A stretch of 64,000 nucleotides of DNA, taken from the sequence record PZ445437.1; one strand, given 5' to 3'. A program made the translations under genes and the position numbers. The stretch comes from a phage. The notes under the pieces are model-generated. The model was not told the DNA's origin, did no database searches, and saw only the letters and a program-made list of their open reading frames with translations. Shown piece by piece: positions 10,012-19,728 of the stretch (position 1 is the stretch's first letter; each line of letters begins with the position of its first letter).

Positions 10012-10212
10012 TTAGCTAAACTTTTTGGCACCCTTCCAGCCTTCATACATCATTGCGGCTGATATTAATATTGCTCCTGAGCAACTTGAATATTTGTGAT
10101 TCCAAAACCAGTTTAGAAAAACTTCATCATCAATACCTTGGGCTATCATATTTTCAAAGAACTGACGACGAGATTCGGCAATTCGTTGTGATAATTTAGA
10201 TTCAGGATTCAT
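10012..10212 (-). CDS. hypothetical protein
   Basis: 66 aa ORF followed by a GGGCCGAAGCCC hairpin. Confidence 0.35.
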   Translation of the reverse strand: MNPESKLSQRIAESRRQFFENMIAQGIDDEVFLNWFWNHKYSSCSGAILISAAMMYEGWKGAKKFS

Positions 10213-10344
10213 TTAAATTTTCCAGTTACCGTTTTCATCAATAAATTTAATCCAGTCATTTACTGACCACTTAGTTGTATCACCTTTTGGAGTAACATTT
10301 AAAGTGTATAACCCCTGCTTAAAAAGCATTCGTTTGATATTCAT
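10213..10344 (-). CDS. hypothetical small protein
   Basis: ORF 10213..10428 trimmed to an internal Met to avoid a 77-nt overlap; start uncertain. Confidence 0.25.
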   Translation of the reverse strand: MNIKRMLFKQGLYTLNVTPKGDTTKWSVNDWIKFIDENGNWKI

Positions 10345-10351
10345 AATTTCC

Positions 10352-10645
10352 TCAGCTGTAACGATAACACTCGTTTGATTTACGTTTAGCAACTCGTTGA
10401 GAAGTATTATAATCAAAATCATCGTCAATGTAAACTGATTTTTTCAACTTTCTTACTTCACCACGTAATTGGCGATTTAGCTCATCTTTAACTTCTGAAT
10501 CAATACCTTTCATTCTACGCCATTTATCTGAGCGAAAAATGTTTTCAACCATATCTTTATGACTTACCCCATCAGGAGCTTTACGCTTTCCGAAATAGTC
10601 ATAATCACGCACTTTTAAGTCTTTACGACGATACGTTTTACCCAT
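10352..10645 (-). CDS. hypothetical basic protein
   Basis: ORF 10352..10684; very Lys/Arg-rich; start chosen at MGKTYRRK. Confidence 0.35.
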   Translation of the reverse strand: MGKTYRRKDLKVRDYDYFGKRKAPDGVSHKDMVENIFRSDKWRRMKGIDSEVKDELNRQLRGEVRKLKKSVYIDDDFDYNTSQRVAKRKSNECYRYS

Positions 10646-10820
10646 GGAGTTTAATTTCCTTAGCAACTGAACTAAATGCAGCACGATCGCAAATCATGCG
10701 TTTATGTAACTTGAGTATAATATAGCAAACTTCAAAACTATTTACATGAGTAACACGAACAGCATTACCATTAATGAGATAATACTGTCCCTTTTTAATT
10801 TCTTTATCAACCATAACCAT
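10638..10820 (-). CDS. hypothetical protein
   Basis: 60 aa ORF; RBS GAGGAA before the ATG at 10820; early promoter at 10851-10880. Confidence 0.4.
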   Translation of the reverse strand: MVMVDKEIKKGQYYLINGNAVRVTHVNSFEVCYIILKLHKRMICDRAAFSSVAKEIKLHG

Positions 10821-10850
10821 ATCAATTCCTCAAAGGTAATTCATATGTTA

Positions 10851-10880
10851 ATAATACCACGGTTTGAACTTGTTGTAAAC
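10851..10880 (-). promoter_or_regulatory. T4-type early promoter (-35 GTTTAC, 18-nt spacer, extended -10 TGGTATTAT)
   Basis: Minus-strand GTTTAC at 10875-10880 and TGGTATTAT at 10851-10859, read directly. Confidence 0.55.
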
Positions 10881-10962
10881 AACTTTGTGAAAAATATTTC
10901 AGGGAATGATAAGAAAGGAACGATAGCTTAGAATGGTAATATACAGAATGTAAGAAAGAAAG

Positions 10963-10977
10963 GCCCAGAGGGCCCAT
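10963..10977 (-). terminator. GC stem-loop (GGCCCAGAGGGCC) downstream of nrdH
   Basis: Inverted repeat immediately 3' of the nrdH stop. Confidence 0.4.
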
Positions 10978-10978
10978 C

Positions 10979-11272
10979 TTAGTCTTCTATGATATCTCTA
11001 TTATATCCAAGTGAAATGAGAGTTTCTTTGAAGTGTTTAATGTTCTTTTGTCTGGAATCATTAATGAAAATGACTGGATAACGAATGTTAAGAGATGTGA
11101 ATCCAGCGCGTTTAGCAAGAGATACAATCAGTTGACGATCATACTCAATCTTACCATTATTAGTAAGAACTTTATAAAAAGTAAAAGGAACATTGAGCTC
11201 CTTTAGAAGTTTTGTAACTGATTGACATCCAGGACAACAACCTACTTCATCTGGAATTCCATAGACTTCAAT
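10979..11272 (-). CDS. nrdH: glutaredoxin-like protein NrdH
   Basis: CPGC redox motif in KIEVYGIPDEVGCCPGCQSV; the start is unclear (no in-frame ATG just upstream of the redox domain; an ATT or GTG start is possible), so the 5' end is approximate. Confidence 0.55.
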   Translation of the reverse strand: MEVYGIPDEVGCCPGCQSVTKLLKELNVPFTFYKVLTNNGKIEYDRQLIVSLAKRAGFTSLNIRYPVIFINDSRQKNIKHFKETLISLGYNRDIIED

Positions 11273-11273
11273 C

Positions 11274-11585
11274 TTATTCTTTAAGTTCGAGTTTTGTTCC
11301 ACGAGAAATAATTCCTTGGTAAGCCCAATAAGGAGGATTAACAGAATCCTCACCAGAGTTTTCTTCAGGAAAATAAACCTGGATAACGAAGCCGGATTCA
11401 TCAAAGGTAAAATAAACCGTAGGCAGTTCACCTAACAAATCGGCACGAGCGTTGATTTCTTCGAGGTCTTGTTCACGTCCAGCCCAGAAGCTTGGGTTCA
11501 GACTACATTCATAGAAATAATAGTCATTACCGAACATATCAAAACCATTCCAACTCTCTACTACATACCGCTCAAAACTAATCAT
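11274..11585 (-). CDS. hypothetical protein
   Basis: 103 aa acidic ORF directly upstream of nrdH. Confidence 0.4.
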   Translation of the reverse strand: MISFERYVVESWNGFDMFGNDYYFYECSLNPSFWAGREQDLEEINARADLLGELPTVYFTFDESGFVIQVYFPEENSGEDSVNPPYWAYQGIISRGTKLELKE

Positions 11586-11587
11586 AA

Positions 11588-11803
11588 TTAATCCTTTTTA
11601 TCAAGAACCGCATTCAGCTTGTTAGTAATTTTATCCAGACGCTCATTGAACTCACTAGAAGATAAGCCCTTTTCTGGAGAAATTAAACTAATCACGAAAA
11701 ATATAGCAATAAAAGGAATAAGGAAAATAGCTCCAACTGCCATAAACAGAAAGAATGTTACAGTTGTAAGAAAATCAGCTAAACCTTTACGAAATTTATA
11801 CAT
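11588..11803 (-). CDS. small membrane protein
   Basis: 71 aa with one long hydrophobic segment (FFLFMAVGAIFLIPFIAIFFVISLI). Confidence 0.4.
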   Translation of the reverse strand: MYKFRKGLADFLTTVTFFLFMAVGAIFLIPFIAIFFVISLISPEKGLSSSEFNERLDKITNKLNAVLDKKD

Positions 11804-11918
11804 ATTTTACCCTTAATTGATTAACCAAGCATTGATAAGCACTAAACTATATTGCGAATAAAATTCTGGACCAAAATGAAAAATCATATCATTTATAGTA
11901 TCCATAATGTAATTCAAT

Positions 11919-12389
11919 TTAATCATGTGTCCACACCCCATCGGTATTTGACCAAAGTCGCTGATTATCTGATCCTCGCCACAGCTTTTTAGTCGGAAGA
12001 TTTTTCTCATACTTCCCATCAATAATAACATCAACATATTTAAGCATTTCTAGTTGTTTAATATCTTCAAACTTATATCCTGTCCACAACCAAATGCTTT
12101 TATTGGGATAAAGATTTTTAATAGTTTGAACCACAGAGTGAATCACGTCTCTGTTATCAGGATAAAGAGGGTCACCTCCGGTTATAGTCAATCCTTCTAT
12201 ATAATCATTATTCAAACATTCAATTAATTGTTCTAGTGTTTCACCAGTGAATGGAACACCATTTCTAGCATTCCATGTTGATTTATTATAACACCCTTCG
12301 CATTTATGCAAACAACCTGTAACGAAAAGAACTGTCCTGCATCCAGGACCATTAACAAAGCAGCACGGGTATATTCTGTCATAATTCAT
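11919..12389 (-). CDS. nrdG: anaerobic ribonucleotide reductase activating protein (radical SAM)
   Basis: 156 aa; radical-SAM CxxxCxxC motif (CLHKCEGC) and N-terminal MNYDRIYPCCFVNGPG. Confidence 0.9.
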   Translation of the reverse strand: MNYDRIYPCCFVNGPGCRTVLFVTGCLHKCEGCYNKSTWNARNGVPFTGETLEQLIECLNNDYIEGLTITGGDPLYPDNRDVIHSVVQTIKNLYPNKSIWLWTGYKFEDIKQLEMLKYVDVIIDGKYEKNLPTKKLWRGSDNQRLWSNTDGVWTHD

Positions 12390-13218
12390 TTATATATTTC
12401 CAATTATAGCCTTCAACACTTTTACGTTCGCCATTTAAACATTTTAAAATATTTCCTTTGCTAGAAATATTAAAATATTTTGCTGCGTCTGGTATATAAT
12501 TAAATGTTTTTAAAAGAACACCATCTTTATATGCGCCAAATAAATTAAGAGTATATTTTTCTCGAAGACGCTGATGTTTCCTTTTCATAACCTCAGGATT
12601 TGCATACGCCAACTTCAATGAATTTCTGTGTTTTTCTTTTACTTCAGGTTTTTGCATTGCTAACTTAGTTAGCCTGGAAATTTTATTTCTAACTTCGTCA
12701 GTTTTCATTGCATTTGACAAATTTAATAAAGTTTTATTTCTAACTTCAGGTTTTTGCATTGCTAGCTTAGTTAGTTCTCTATGTCTTTTTCTAAAATCGT
12801 CATCCTTCCATATATTTTTCGATAATTTTGACATAGAGCGGTGAAATAATTCCTTTTCACTGGAATACAATTTAAAAATTTCATCCAATTCATCCGCATT
12901 AAATCTATCGGTATTCGAGTTTATCATTCTATGAAAGGCATAACACATTTTACTATTGCTTGTTTTAGCTAAATAGTAATGAGCTAACGCATGGTCATAA
13001 TATGACAAATTAACAATATTCCATTTATCTGTTTTATATTCAGGAAATATAGATTTGGGAAGCACGTGATGTGCTTCCGTTTTTCCTTTTATTTTAGGAT
13101 TATTATAATTTTTTGTTATCAAATCAACATATGACAATAGTAAATCATTATTTTCTTCAAATATTAAAGATAATTTATCATTCACAAAATCGCAAGGATA
13201 AAATCTATCATAATTCAT
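12379..13218 (-). CDS. mobD: HNH-family homing endonuclease-like protein MobD
   Basis: 279 aa between nrdG and nrdD; HNH-like EAHHVLPKS...HALAHY; repeated basic motifs; N-terminus MNYDRFYPCDFVN copies the nrdG N-terminus. Confidence 0.75.
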   Translation of the reverse strand: MNYDRFYPCDFVNDKLSLIFEENNDLLLSYVDLITKNYNNPKIKGKTEAHHVLPKSIFPEYKTDKWNIVNLSYYDHALAHYYLAKTSNSKMCYAFHRMINSNTDRFNADELDEIFKLYSSEKELFHRSMSKLSKNIWKDDDFRKRHRELTKLAMQKPEVRNKTLLNLSNAMKTDEVRNKISRLTKLAMQKPEVKEKHRNSLKLAYANPEVMKRKHQRLREKYTLNLFGAYKDGVLLKTFNYIPDAAKYFNISSKGNILKCLNGERKSVEGYNWKYINEL

Positions 13219-15032
13219 TGGTGTTTAACCCTATGCATGATTTCTTTATTTTTACCGAGATTAAATCCGCGTTCGTTCGGATTTCCCAAATAACCACATG
13301 TTCTTCTTATTGTGTTCATCTTTTTAGGATCAGTTTCTCCACAAATAGAACAAACAAATCCGTTTTCAGTAGGAGTCATTTCATGGGTACTTCCACATGT
13401 AAAACATTTATCTACTGGCATATTAACACCAAAATAATCTAAATGTTGTGCAGCATAATCCCATACGGCCTCAAGACCCTTTAAGTTATTTTTCATATCA
13501 GGAAGTTCAACATAAGAAATGTGACCACCTGTCGCAATGAAATGATATGGCGCTTCACGAGAAATCTTTTCAAACGGAGTAATATTTTCTTCTACTGAAA
13601 CGTGGAAACTGTTAGTGTACCAGCCTTTATCGGTAACATCTTTTACACTTCCATATTTTTCTGTATCAAGTTTACAGAAGCGATAACAAAGGTTTTCAGC
13701 AGGAGTAGAATACAAACTAAAAGCAAACCCAGTTCTTTCAGTCCACTGTTTAAGACGAGCATTCATTTTAGTTAAAATTTCTCGTCCAATATCACGACCT
13801 ACAAGAATATTCAATTCGTGAATACCAATGTATCCTAGAGACACTGAACTTCTGCCATTTTTAAATAACTCAATTATATCGTCATCAGGTTTAAGACGAA
13901 CCCCGAATGCACCTTCTTGGTAAAGAATAGGAGCAACAGTTGCTTTAACTCCTTTTAAGGAACTAATTCTACACATCAAAGCTTCAAAACACAAATCCAT
14001 TCGCTCATTGAACAATTCGATAAATTTCTGTTCATTGAACTGTGTTCCAATATAAGAATCTAATGCGATACGAGGAAGATTCAGTGTTACAACACCAAGA
14101 TTATTACGTCCATCAAGAATTTCATTACCAGTCGAATCTTTCCATACGCTCAAGAAACTACGGCAACCCATCGGAGAAACAGGAACAGATGAACCAGTGA
14201 TAGCTTTATTGTTCTTAGCTGAAATAATATCAGGATACATCCTTTTGCTTGCGCACTCTAGAGCAAGCTGTTTAATATCATAGTTCGGATCGTCTTTATA
14301 AAGATTAACACCTTCTTCAACAAACATAACAAGCTTAGGGAAAATAGGAGTTATCCCATCACGACCAAGACCTTTAATACGATTTTTCAGAATTGCTTTC
14401 TGAATCATTCGTTCAGTCCAGTCAGTTCCCGTACCAAATGTAATTGTTACAAAAGGCGTTTGTCCGTTTGAACTAAAGAGAGTATTTACTTCATATTCAT
14501 AAGCTTGGAATGCATCGTATACATCTTTTTCTGTTTTAGATTGAGCATAATTCAGTGCATCGGCGATTTGCCATTTTTCTGCATCCTCAATATGTTTTGC
14601 ATAGGTGCGTTTAACATAAGGAGAAAGTACTTTATCTACATTAGCAAAAGTCGTTCCGCCGTATTGATGGGAAGCAACCTGTGCAGTAATTTGTGCCATA
14701 ATTGCAGTAGCAACTCCAATTGATTTAGGAGTTTCAATCTGCGCATTACCAAGCTTAAATCCGTTCTCAAGCATTCCTTTTAAATCTACTAAACAGCAAT
14801 TAGTAAAAGGCAATGATATACTGTAATCTAAATCATGAAAATGAATTAATCCAACATTATGGGCATTTACAATATGACTTGGAAGAATACGACAAGCGAT
14901 ATGTTTAGAAACAATACCGGCCATTAAATCTCTTTTTGTTGGAAAGACGCGAGAATCTTTGTTGGCGTTTTCTGTATTTAATTCTTTATCTTTATTTGAA
15001 ATAAAATTTAAAACATCTTTTTCTAAAGACAT
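13215..15032 (-). CDS. nrdD: anaerobic ribonucleoside-triphosphate reductase (glycyl radical enzyme)
   Basis: 605 aa continuous ORF; C-terminal zinc ribbon (CFTCGS...CSICG) and glycyl radical motif RTCGYLG. Confidence 0.93.
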   Translation of the reverse strand: MSLEKDVLNFISNKDKELNTENANKDSRVFPTKRDLMAGIVSKHIACRILPSHIVNAHNVGLIHFHDLDYSISLPFTNCCLVDLKGMLENGFKLGNAQIETPKSIGVATAIMAQITAQVASHQYGGTTFANVDKVLSPYVKRTYAKHIEDAEKWQIADALNYAQSKTEKDVYDAFQAYEYEVNTLFSSNGQTPFVTITFGTGTDWTERMIQKAILKNRIKGLGRDGITPIFPKLVMFVEEGVNLYKDDPNYDIKQLALECASKRMYPDIISAKNNKAITGSSVPVSPMGCRSFLSVWKDSTGNEILDGRNNLGVVTLNLPRIALDSYIGTQFNEQKFIELFNERMDLCFEALMCRISSLKGVKATVAPILYQEGAFGVRLKPDDDIIELFKNGRSSVSLGYIGIHELNILVGRDIGREILTKMNARLKQWTERTGFAFSLYSTPAENLCYRFCKLDTEKYGSVKDVTDKGWYTNSFHVSVEENITPFEKISREAPYHFIATGGHISYVELPDMKNNLKGLEAVWDYAAQHLDYFGVNMPVDKCFTCGSTHEMTPTENGFVCSICGETDPKKMNTIRRTCGYLGNPNERGFNLGKNKEIMHRVKHQ

Positions 15033-15844
15033 AATTCTAATTTATCCTTTTGAAATTCTTCGTCTAAATATGGGTTCCAACCCATTTTAAACCTTTTGAT
15101 GAAATTATCAATTCTAAATTTCGGTAAGTTTAAATCCGCAAAAATAGATGATTTACTTTTAAAATCTGGACTTAAATAATCATATAAAATTTCTGCGTAT
15201 TTTAACCATAATATACAAGTACCAGATTTAATTGCTCTCGGAGTTTTCCAAGGTTTTACACCATACATCGGATTTCCGCTTCCTTTATGCCTGATAGAAG
15301 ATGAAATTCCAATTTTAATTTTAGCTTCCTTTGTATGCGAAAATCCACGATGTGGATTTTCTTTCCAGTATTTTTTAGAAGCTTCTGATATTTTCTTTCT
15401 GGCTAAATTAGTATGATGCTTTCCATAAAATCCATGATTTTTGCCTTTATTACGATTTCTTTTAATCATGGTTATTGATTGCTTTTCTCTAGTTTCTTTA
15501 GAAGGAGAAATACCATATGTCGTAAATTTGCCATCAGCATATGCTAAATTAAAATACTCTTTATTCCATACATCTTTTTCTATATTCTTTTGAAATTCAG
15601 CTTCAATGCTAGTTATTTGTTCATCTCCGACTAATTGAAAATATAATATTTCAACTTTCGGCGTTTCTTTCAATAAGGCTTTTTGAAATTCGGAAGATGA
15701 CGAAGACGAATAATAAAATTTACCATTTTTATCAATAATATTCGTTCCATCAAAAGTGCAATTGGTTTTACTTCCAATGTAATAATATGGTGGGGTTTTA
15801 GCATTAATTCTATTAATAAATGATAGTTTATATACTACATTCAT
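15023..15844 (-). CDS. free-standing GIY-YIG homing endonuclease-like protein (Seg-like)
   Basis: 273 aa; N-terminal VYKLSFINRINAKTPPYYYIGSKT (GIY-YIG-type) and NUMOD3-like motifs (GKNHGFYGKHHT, GNPMYGVKP); 3' end overlaps the nrdD start by 10 nt. Confidence 0.65.
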   Translation of the reverse strand: MNVVYKLSFINRINAKTPPYYYIGSKTNCTFDGTNIIDKNGKFYYSSSSSSEFQKALLKETPKVEILYFQLVGDEQITSIEAEFQKNIEKDVWNKEYFNLAYADGKFTTYGISPSKETREKQSITMIKRNRNKGKNHGFYGKHHTNLARKKISEASKKYWKENPHRGFSHTKEAKIKIGISSSIRHKGSGNPMYGVKPWKTPRAIKSGTCILWLKYAEILYDYLSPDFKSKSSIFADLNLPKFRIDNFIKRFKMGWNPYLDEEFQKDKLELCL

Positions 15845-16314
15845 TTTAAACTCTTTCTAAGCTGCTTCTTAAATGAAGCTATTAATTGTGTTTTAGTGTC
15901 AGATTCATTATATTCAAATCCTCTTTGAAGCATCTCAGCCATCATTTCCTCTTTTCCTAAACGAGAAAATTCCTTTGATTTATCTCCAACGAAGTTAGGG
16001 TGAATATTATTTTGGGTGTAATCGGATTTTAAATAAGTAAGTAAATTTTCTAACCATTCAAGATAATCAACTCCTTGTCCCTTTAAGCCAGAACGATTAA
16101 ATTTATGCTTCATTTGACCTTCTGCGGCATTGCAGAGATTACAAAGCAATCCACGTACCTTTCCTGCTTTTGGTCCATTTAATTCATGGTCATGGTCGAG
16201 GTGATTAGCTTGAACATCAGGATTTAGTTCTCGTTGGCAAATTAAGCATTTACCATTTTGTGCATCATAAAATTTCTGTTTTTCTTCTTTATATAATTTG
16301 CCAGTCAATAACAT
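15841..16314 (-). CDS. 49: endonuclease VII (Holliday junction resolvase) gp49
   Basis: 157 aa; MLLTGKLYKEEKQKFYDAQNGKCLICQREL... with CxxC...CxxC zinc site and HLDHDH motif, as recalled for T4 gp49. Confidence 0.9.
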   Translation of the reverse strand: MLLTGKLYKEEKQKFYDAQNGKCLICQRELNPDVQANHLDHDHELNGPKAGKVRGLLCNLCNAAEGQMKHKFNRSGLKGQGVDYLEWLENLLTYLKSDYTQNNIHPNFVGDKSKEFSRLGKEEMMAEMLQRGFEYNESDTKTQLIASFKKQLRKSLK

Positions 16315-16356
16315 AATAAAACCCTTACCTTAAATAGATAAGGGTATTTATTATTT

Positions 16357-16842
16357 TCAAGTATTGTAAAACATTTGATTCAATCGCTTATATTGCCGAA
16401 TCTTTTGGTCAGAAAAAGAAATTTGGGTTTCAAGCCATTCAATATATTCTGCCGCAGCTTGCATCAAATTTCCTTCATAGCCATCGTTATTTTCTTGTGC
16501 AGCTAATTTAGCTAATGCGTATGGAATACGTTCACCTTGAAAATCGGCTTTAGGCTTCTGAACAACTTGATTAGTTCTCTCTACAACTTCTTCAATTTCG
16601 CCATTTTCTACTGATTCAGTATTCCACAAGCACCAATACGTAATTGGCTTATCGTAGATGTTAATAATCTTTCCGTCGGAAAGTTCAATTTCAACAATTC
16701 CAGTATCAGGTTCTATATCATCTTCACATTCTTTTGCAAGTTCACGAACTTTAAAGACAGTACCTGCGCTAAGTTCCGGCCAGTAATTACATAGCCCTGT
16801 ATCAGCACGATTAATTCTAAACCACTTATCTACTGTAATCAT
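16357..16842 (-). CDS. pin: probable Pin (inhibitor of host Lon protease)
   Basis: 161 aa from the internal Met; T4 position (next to 49) and length fit Pin; the sequence itself was not verified. Confidence 0.5.
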   Translation of the reverse strand: MITVDKWFRINRADTGLCNYWPELSAGTVFKVRELAKECEDDIEPDTGIVEIELSDGKIINIYDKPITYWCLWNTESVENGEIEEVVERTNQVVQKPKADFQGERIPYALAKLAAQENNDGYEGNLMQAAAEYIEWLETQISFSDQKIRQYKRLNQMFYNT

Positions 16843-16964
16843 GTCCCATCTCCATATCAATTAAGTCATTTATCGTTGGTTCATTATATACTGTTTCTTC
16901 ATCAGTGTAAACCGGTTCTTCCGGCTCTGGTTCTACAGTTTCCCATCTAGACGCCCACCAAGGT

Positions 16965-17174
16965 TTAACCCCGAAGCTTATTAAGTTCTTCATAATCAAT
17001 CCAGGATTCTAATCCTGATGGCAAATCAGATTCAATTTCCCAAAGAAGTTCTTCAATTTTATGAAGACGATCTAGTTCTTTAGCAGGAATAGTAACCATT
17101 GACGGAGCTCTTGCTACATTAATATCGTAAATCATATTTACCCCAGTTTGACCATACAATCGCCATATTTCCAC
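16965..17174 (-). CDS. hypothetical protein
   Basis: 69 aa ORF, start uncertain. Confidence 0.35.
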   Translation of the reverse strand: MEIWRLYGQTGVNMIYDINVARAPSMVTIPAKELDRLHKIEELLWEIESDLPSGLESWIDYEELNKLRG

Positions 17175-17353
17175 TTAGAAATAGACTTTTCACCATTAGA
17201 ATAATAAACTTCAAGTTTAGCACGATTATTTTTAATTTGAATAACCTTTGCTGTCATCAAAGTTCCATACCCATAATAAACTGCAACTTCATCACCTACA
17301 TATACCGCGCTTCCGCGGTAATCGTGAATATAGTCAGTTCCTTCGAGCATCAT
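17138..17353 (-). CDS. hypothetical protein
   Basis: 71 aa ORF whose start overlaps the nrdC stop. Confidence 0.4.
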   Translation of the reverse strand: MMLEGTDYIHDYRGSAVYVGDEVAVYYGYGTLMTAKVIQIKNNRAKLEVYYSNGEKSISKWKYGDCMVKLG

Positions 17354-17613
17354 TTAAAATATTCTCGCAGTTGGTCAAATCCACCAATATGACTTCCATC
17401 AGGAGCAAATACCTGGGGCATTGTCAAGCCGATTTGAGTATCACGACCTAGTTTAGTTAGAAGCTCAGCGATTTTCTCATCATCAAAAACACCTTTTTCC
17501 GGCATAATGTTGATAAATTCAAACGGCTGTTTCTTCACGGTCAAAAGACGTTTTGCATTATCACAATACACGCATTTATGAATGTTGCTATCATAACCAT
17601 ATACTTTAAACAT
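17350..17613 (-). CDS. nrdC: thioredoxin NrdC
   Basis: 87 aa; MFKVYGYDSNIHKCVYCDNAKRLL... with CVYC redox site, matching recalled T4 NrdC. Confidence 0.88.
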   Translation of the reverse strand: MFKVYGYDSNIHKCVYCDNAKRLLTVKKQPFEFINIMPEKGVFDDEKIAELLTKLGRDTQIGLTMPQVFAPDGSHIGGFDQLREYFK

Positions 17614-17614
17614 A

Positions 17615-17872
17615 TTATTCCTTAATTCCTAGTACTTGTTTAAAAGTCTCGTCGTAATCAAGACTTTGGCCCGTTTGTTCTTTATGTTTGTATATAATAT
17701 CACTTACTTCTAATAGCATATTTTTATATGAACGAGTTAAAGCAGATTTAAGCACGCTGTATTTATCAGGAAATTTACCATGTTCATTATAATAAGCTAT
17801 TGCTAATTCACGGACTGCCTTTTCAGCAGTCTCCATATATTCTTTACGCTTGGCCATTTTCTTCTCTCTCAA
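17615..17872 (-). CDS. hypothetical protein
   Basis: 85 aa ORF immediately upstream of nrdC. Confidence 0.4.
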   Translation of the reverse strand: MREKKMAKRKEYMETAEKAVRELAIAYYNEHGKFPDKYSVLKSALTRSYKNMLLEVSDIIYKHKEQTGQSLDYDETFKQVLGIKE

Positions 17873-18161
17873 ATCGGTGTTTGCAATGACGGCATTTATA
17901 ACGAAGAATACTAGTCTGCCAATGAACTAATTGTACCTGTTCAGTACCACATTTTGGGCAGTTCGGAACATTCTTAGAAGCCCTTTCGCGACGTTCAACC
18001 ATAACCATAATGGCATCCAAAGCAGGAGGTTTAAAGTCTAAATCGTCACAACCATGAATCTTTCCACGCATTTCCAGATCGTCTTCTTCACCAGTCATAA
18101 TAATTTTAATTAGACTAGAATTACTTGAAGCTGCAATGTCTTCTAATAGACGCTTTTTCAT
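17844..18161 (-). CDS. hypothetical zinc-ribbon protein
   Basis: 105 aa; CPKCG...CRHCKH (four-Cys zinc ribbon). Confidence 0.4.
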   Translation of the reverse strand: MKKRLLEDIAASSNSSLIKIIMTGEEDDLEMRGKIHGCDDLDFKPPALDAIMVMVERRERASKNVPNCPKCGTEQVQLVHWQTSILRYKCRHCKHRFEREENGQA

Positions 18162-19087
18162 TTCAATACCTCAATAGCATTACGTAAACCATTTGCTTTT
18201 GCATTAAGAGCTTTTAACAGTTTGGTGTGTTCGGCAATCTGGGCTTCAACTTCAATCAAACGAGCATTGAGATATTCACGTTCTTCGCTCAGGTTATCAA
18301 CCTTTTCTACTTTAGGTTCTTTTACAACTTGCTTATATGTATTAGGGTTCTTCAGTTTAATTAGAATGCGTGAACTGTACAGCATTGAACCATTATCTTC
18401 GGTTTCGTCATACATTTCCACTACGTCCATCATCTCCACCATCGTGCAGAGTTTATAAGACAACGAACGAATAATTTTGTTGTGCTTATTAATTTCTCTA
18501 GCTGTCATGGTGCCGAGATTACGTGAGTAATAATAAGGAACCTGGATATTAATTAATACTGATAAACCACCTGGCTTGTGTGTTACTTCATCAGCAATAA
18601 CCCAATCCTTAACATGAACTGTATTTGTACGGTCATCGCCCGCGGTAAATAGTTTACGAGCATGCTTAAAAAGCATATTCACTTGGGTATTGAATTGACA
18701 AGCGAATTTATCAGCAAATTTAGTTTCGGGAATGGTAGATAACCAATCAGCTAAATGGGTCTTTTTAACATCGTTAACAATAGTAAATTCAACCAAATCG
18801 GTTATAGATGTCTCAGATTTAATGAAGCTCGGCTTCATAAAGTTTTTAATGTTATCACTAGCTACAGTAGAAGATAACAGACGAGAACGTTTAAACCATT
18901 GAAGCAAATTGCCTAACGAATGAGAATAAGCGTTTTGAGTATCTTTACAGATATGATTTTCCTGACCAACATATTGAAGGAAATCACGAAGAATATTATT
19001 GATTACTGCTCTGTGCCCGATCTGATAATTACGGTGTTTAGTAATAAGACTGTCAAAATAATCAATATAATGTTTACGAGTTTTCAT
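18158..19087 (-). CDS. hypothetical protein
   Basis: 309 aa ORF with C-terminal coiled coil; no motif recognised. Confidence 0.45.
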   Translation of the reverse strand: MKTRKHYIDYFDSLITKHRNYQIGHRAVINNILRDFLQYVGQENHICKDTQNAYSHSLGNLLQWFKRSRLLSSTVASDNIKNFMKPSFIKSETSITDLVEFTIVNDVKKTHLADWLSTIPETKFADKFACQFNTQVNMLFKHARKLFTAGDDRTNTVHVKDWVIADEVTHKPGGLSVLINIQVPYYYSRNLGTMTAREINKHNKIIRSLSYKLCTMVEMMDVVEMYDETEDNGSMLYSSRILIKLKNPNTYKQVVKEPKVEKVDNLSEEREYLNARLIEVEAQIAEHTKLLKALNAKANGLRNAIEVLK

Positions 19088-19142
19088 ATTCTTCTCACTT
19101 GGTTAATGGTTTATACTCCGAGCCATCCTTGGTATAAAGCGG

Positions 19143-19670
19143 TTATGCGAGTACCGTCTTTAACCGTTCTTCAAACTTCCGAAGAGTATTCTGGCGTTCA
19201 GCTCTTTGCTTTTTGTAAGTTTCAATACGCTCTGAAATGAGAGTGTATCGTTCATTTACTGATTCTTTCATAAAATCAGGAATTTCACGAGAAGCTTTAA
19301 TCTCATCAAATTTATCAATAACAGCTTGCTCTTCAGCAATTAAGTTATCATACATCAAAATATCTTTCTTGATGAACTCAATATCTTCTTGAGTTACACG
19401 AGATAATTTAGATGCTTTATCCTTTTTGTACTGTTCGTTAGTATCACGAGACCAGTGTAATGTACGATTTTTATTCGTATTCTTGTAAATTTCTACAATA
19501 CCAATCTCATCGATAATAACGATCCAATTCCAACGAGATTTGTAAATTTGTCCTCCGTCAACCGTGATTTCACCTCCGATTGAGATGTCATTAAAGAACT
19601 TGCTTTGTGCTTCTGATTTAAATTTACCATCGTTGTAATTTACCAGGTTGAAAATATCTTTAGCGTTCAT
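19143..19670 (-). CDS. hypothetical protein
   Basis: 175 aa; RBS GGAGGAA before the ATG; early promoter just upstream. Confidence 0.45.
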   Translation of the reverse strand: MNAKDIFNLVNYNDGKFKSEAQSKFFNDISIGGEITVDGGQIYKSRWNWIVIIDEIGIVEIYKNTNKNRTLHWSRDTNEQYKKDKASKLSRVTQEDIEFIKKDILMYDNLIAEEQAVIDKFDEIKASREIPDFMKESVNERYTLISERIETYKKQRAERQNTLRKFEERLKTVLA

Positions 19671-19698
19671 TTTGTGTTCCTCCGTAGTTGATAGTTGT

Positions 19699-19728
19699 AT
19701 AGTACCACAAAGGAACAGTCTTGTAAAC
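19699..19728 (-). promoter_or_regulatory. T4-type early promoter (-35 GTTTAC, 18-nt spacer, -10 TGGTACTAT)
   Basis: Minus-strand GTTTAC at 19723-19728 and TACTAT at 19699-19704 with an upstream TG. Confidence 0.55.

Noticed and set aside
13215-15032. Group I intron with an I-TevII-type endonuclease inside nrdD
   Set aside because: nrdD is a single uninterrupted 605-aa frame, so no intron is present; the nearby endonuclease gene is free-standing.
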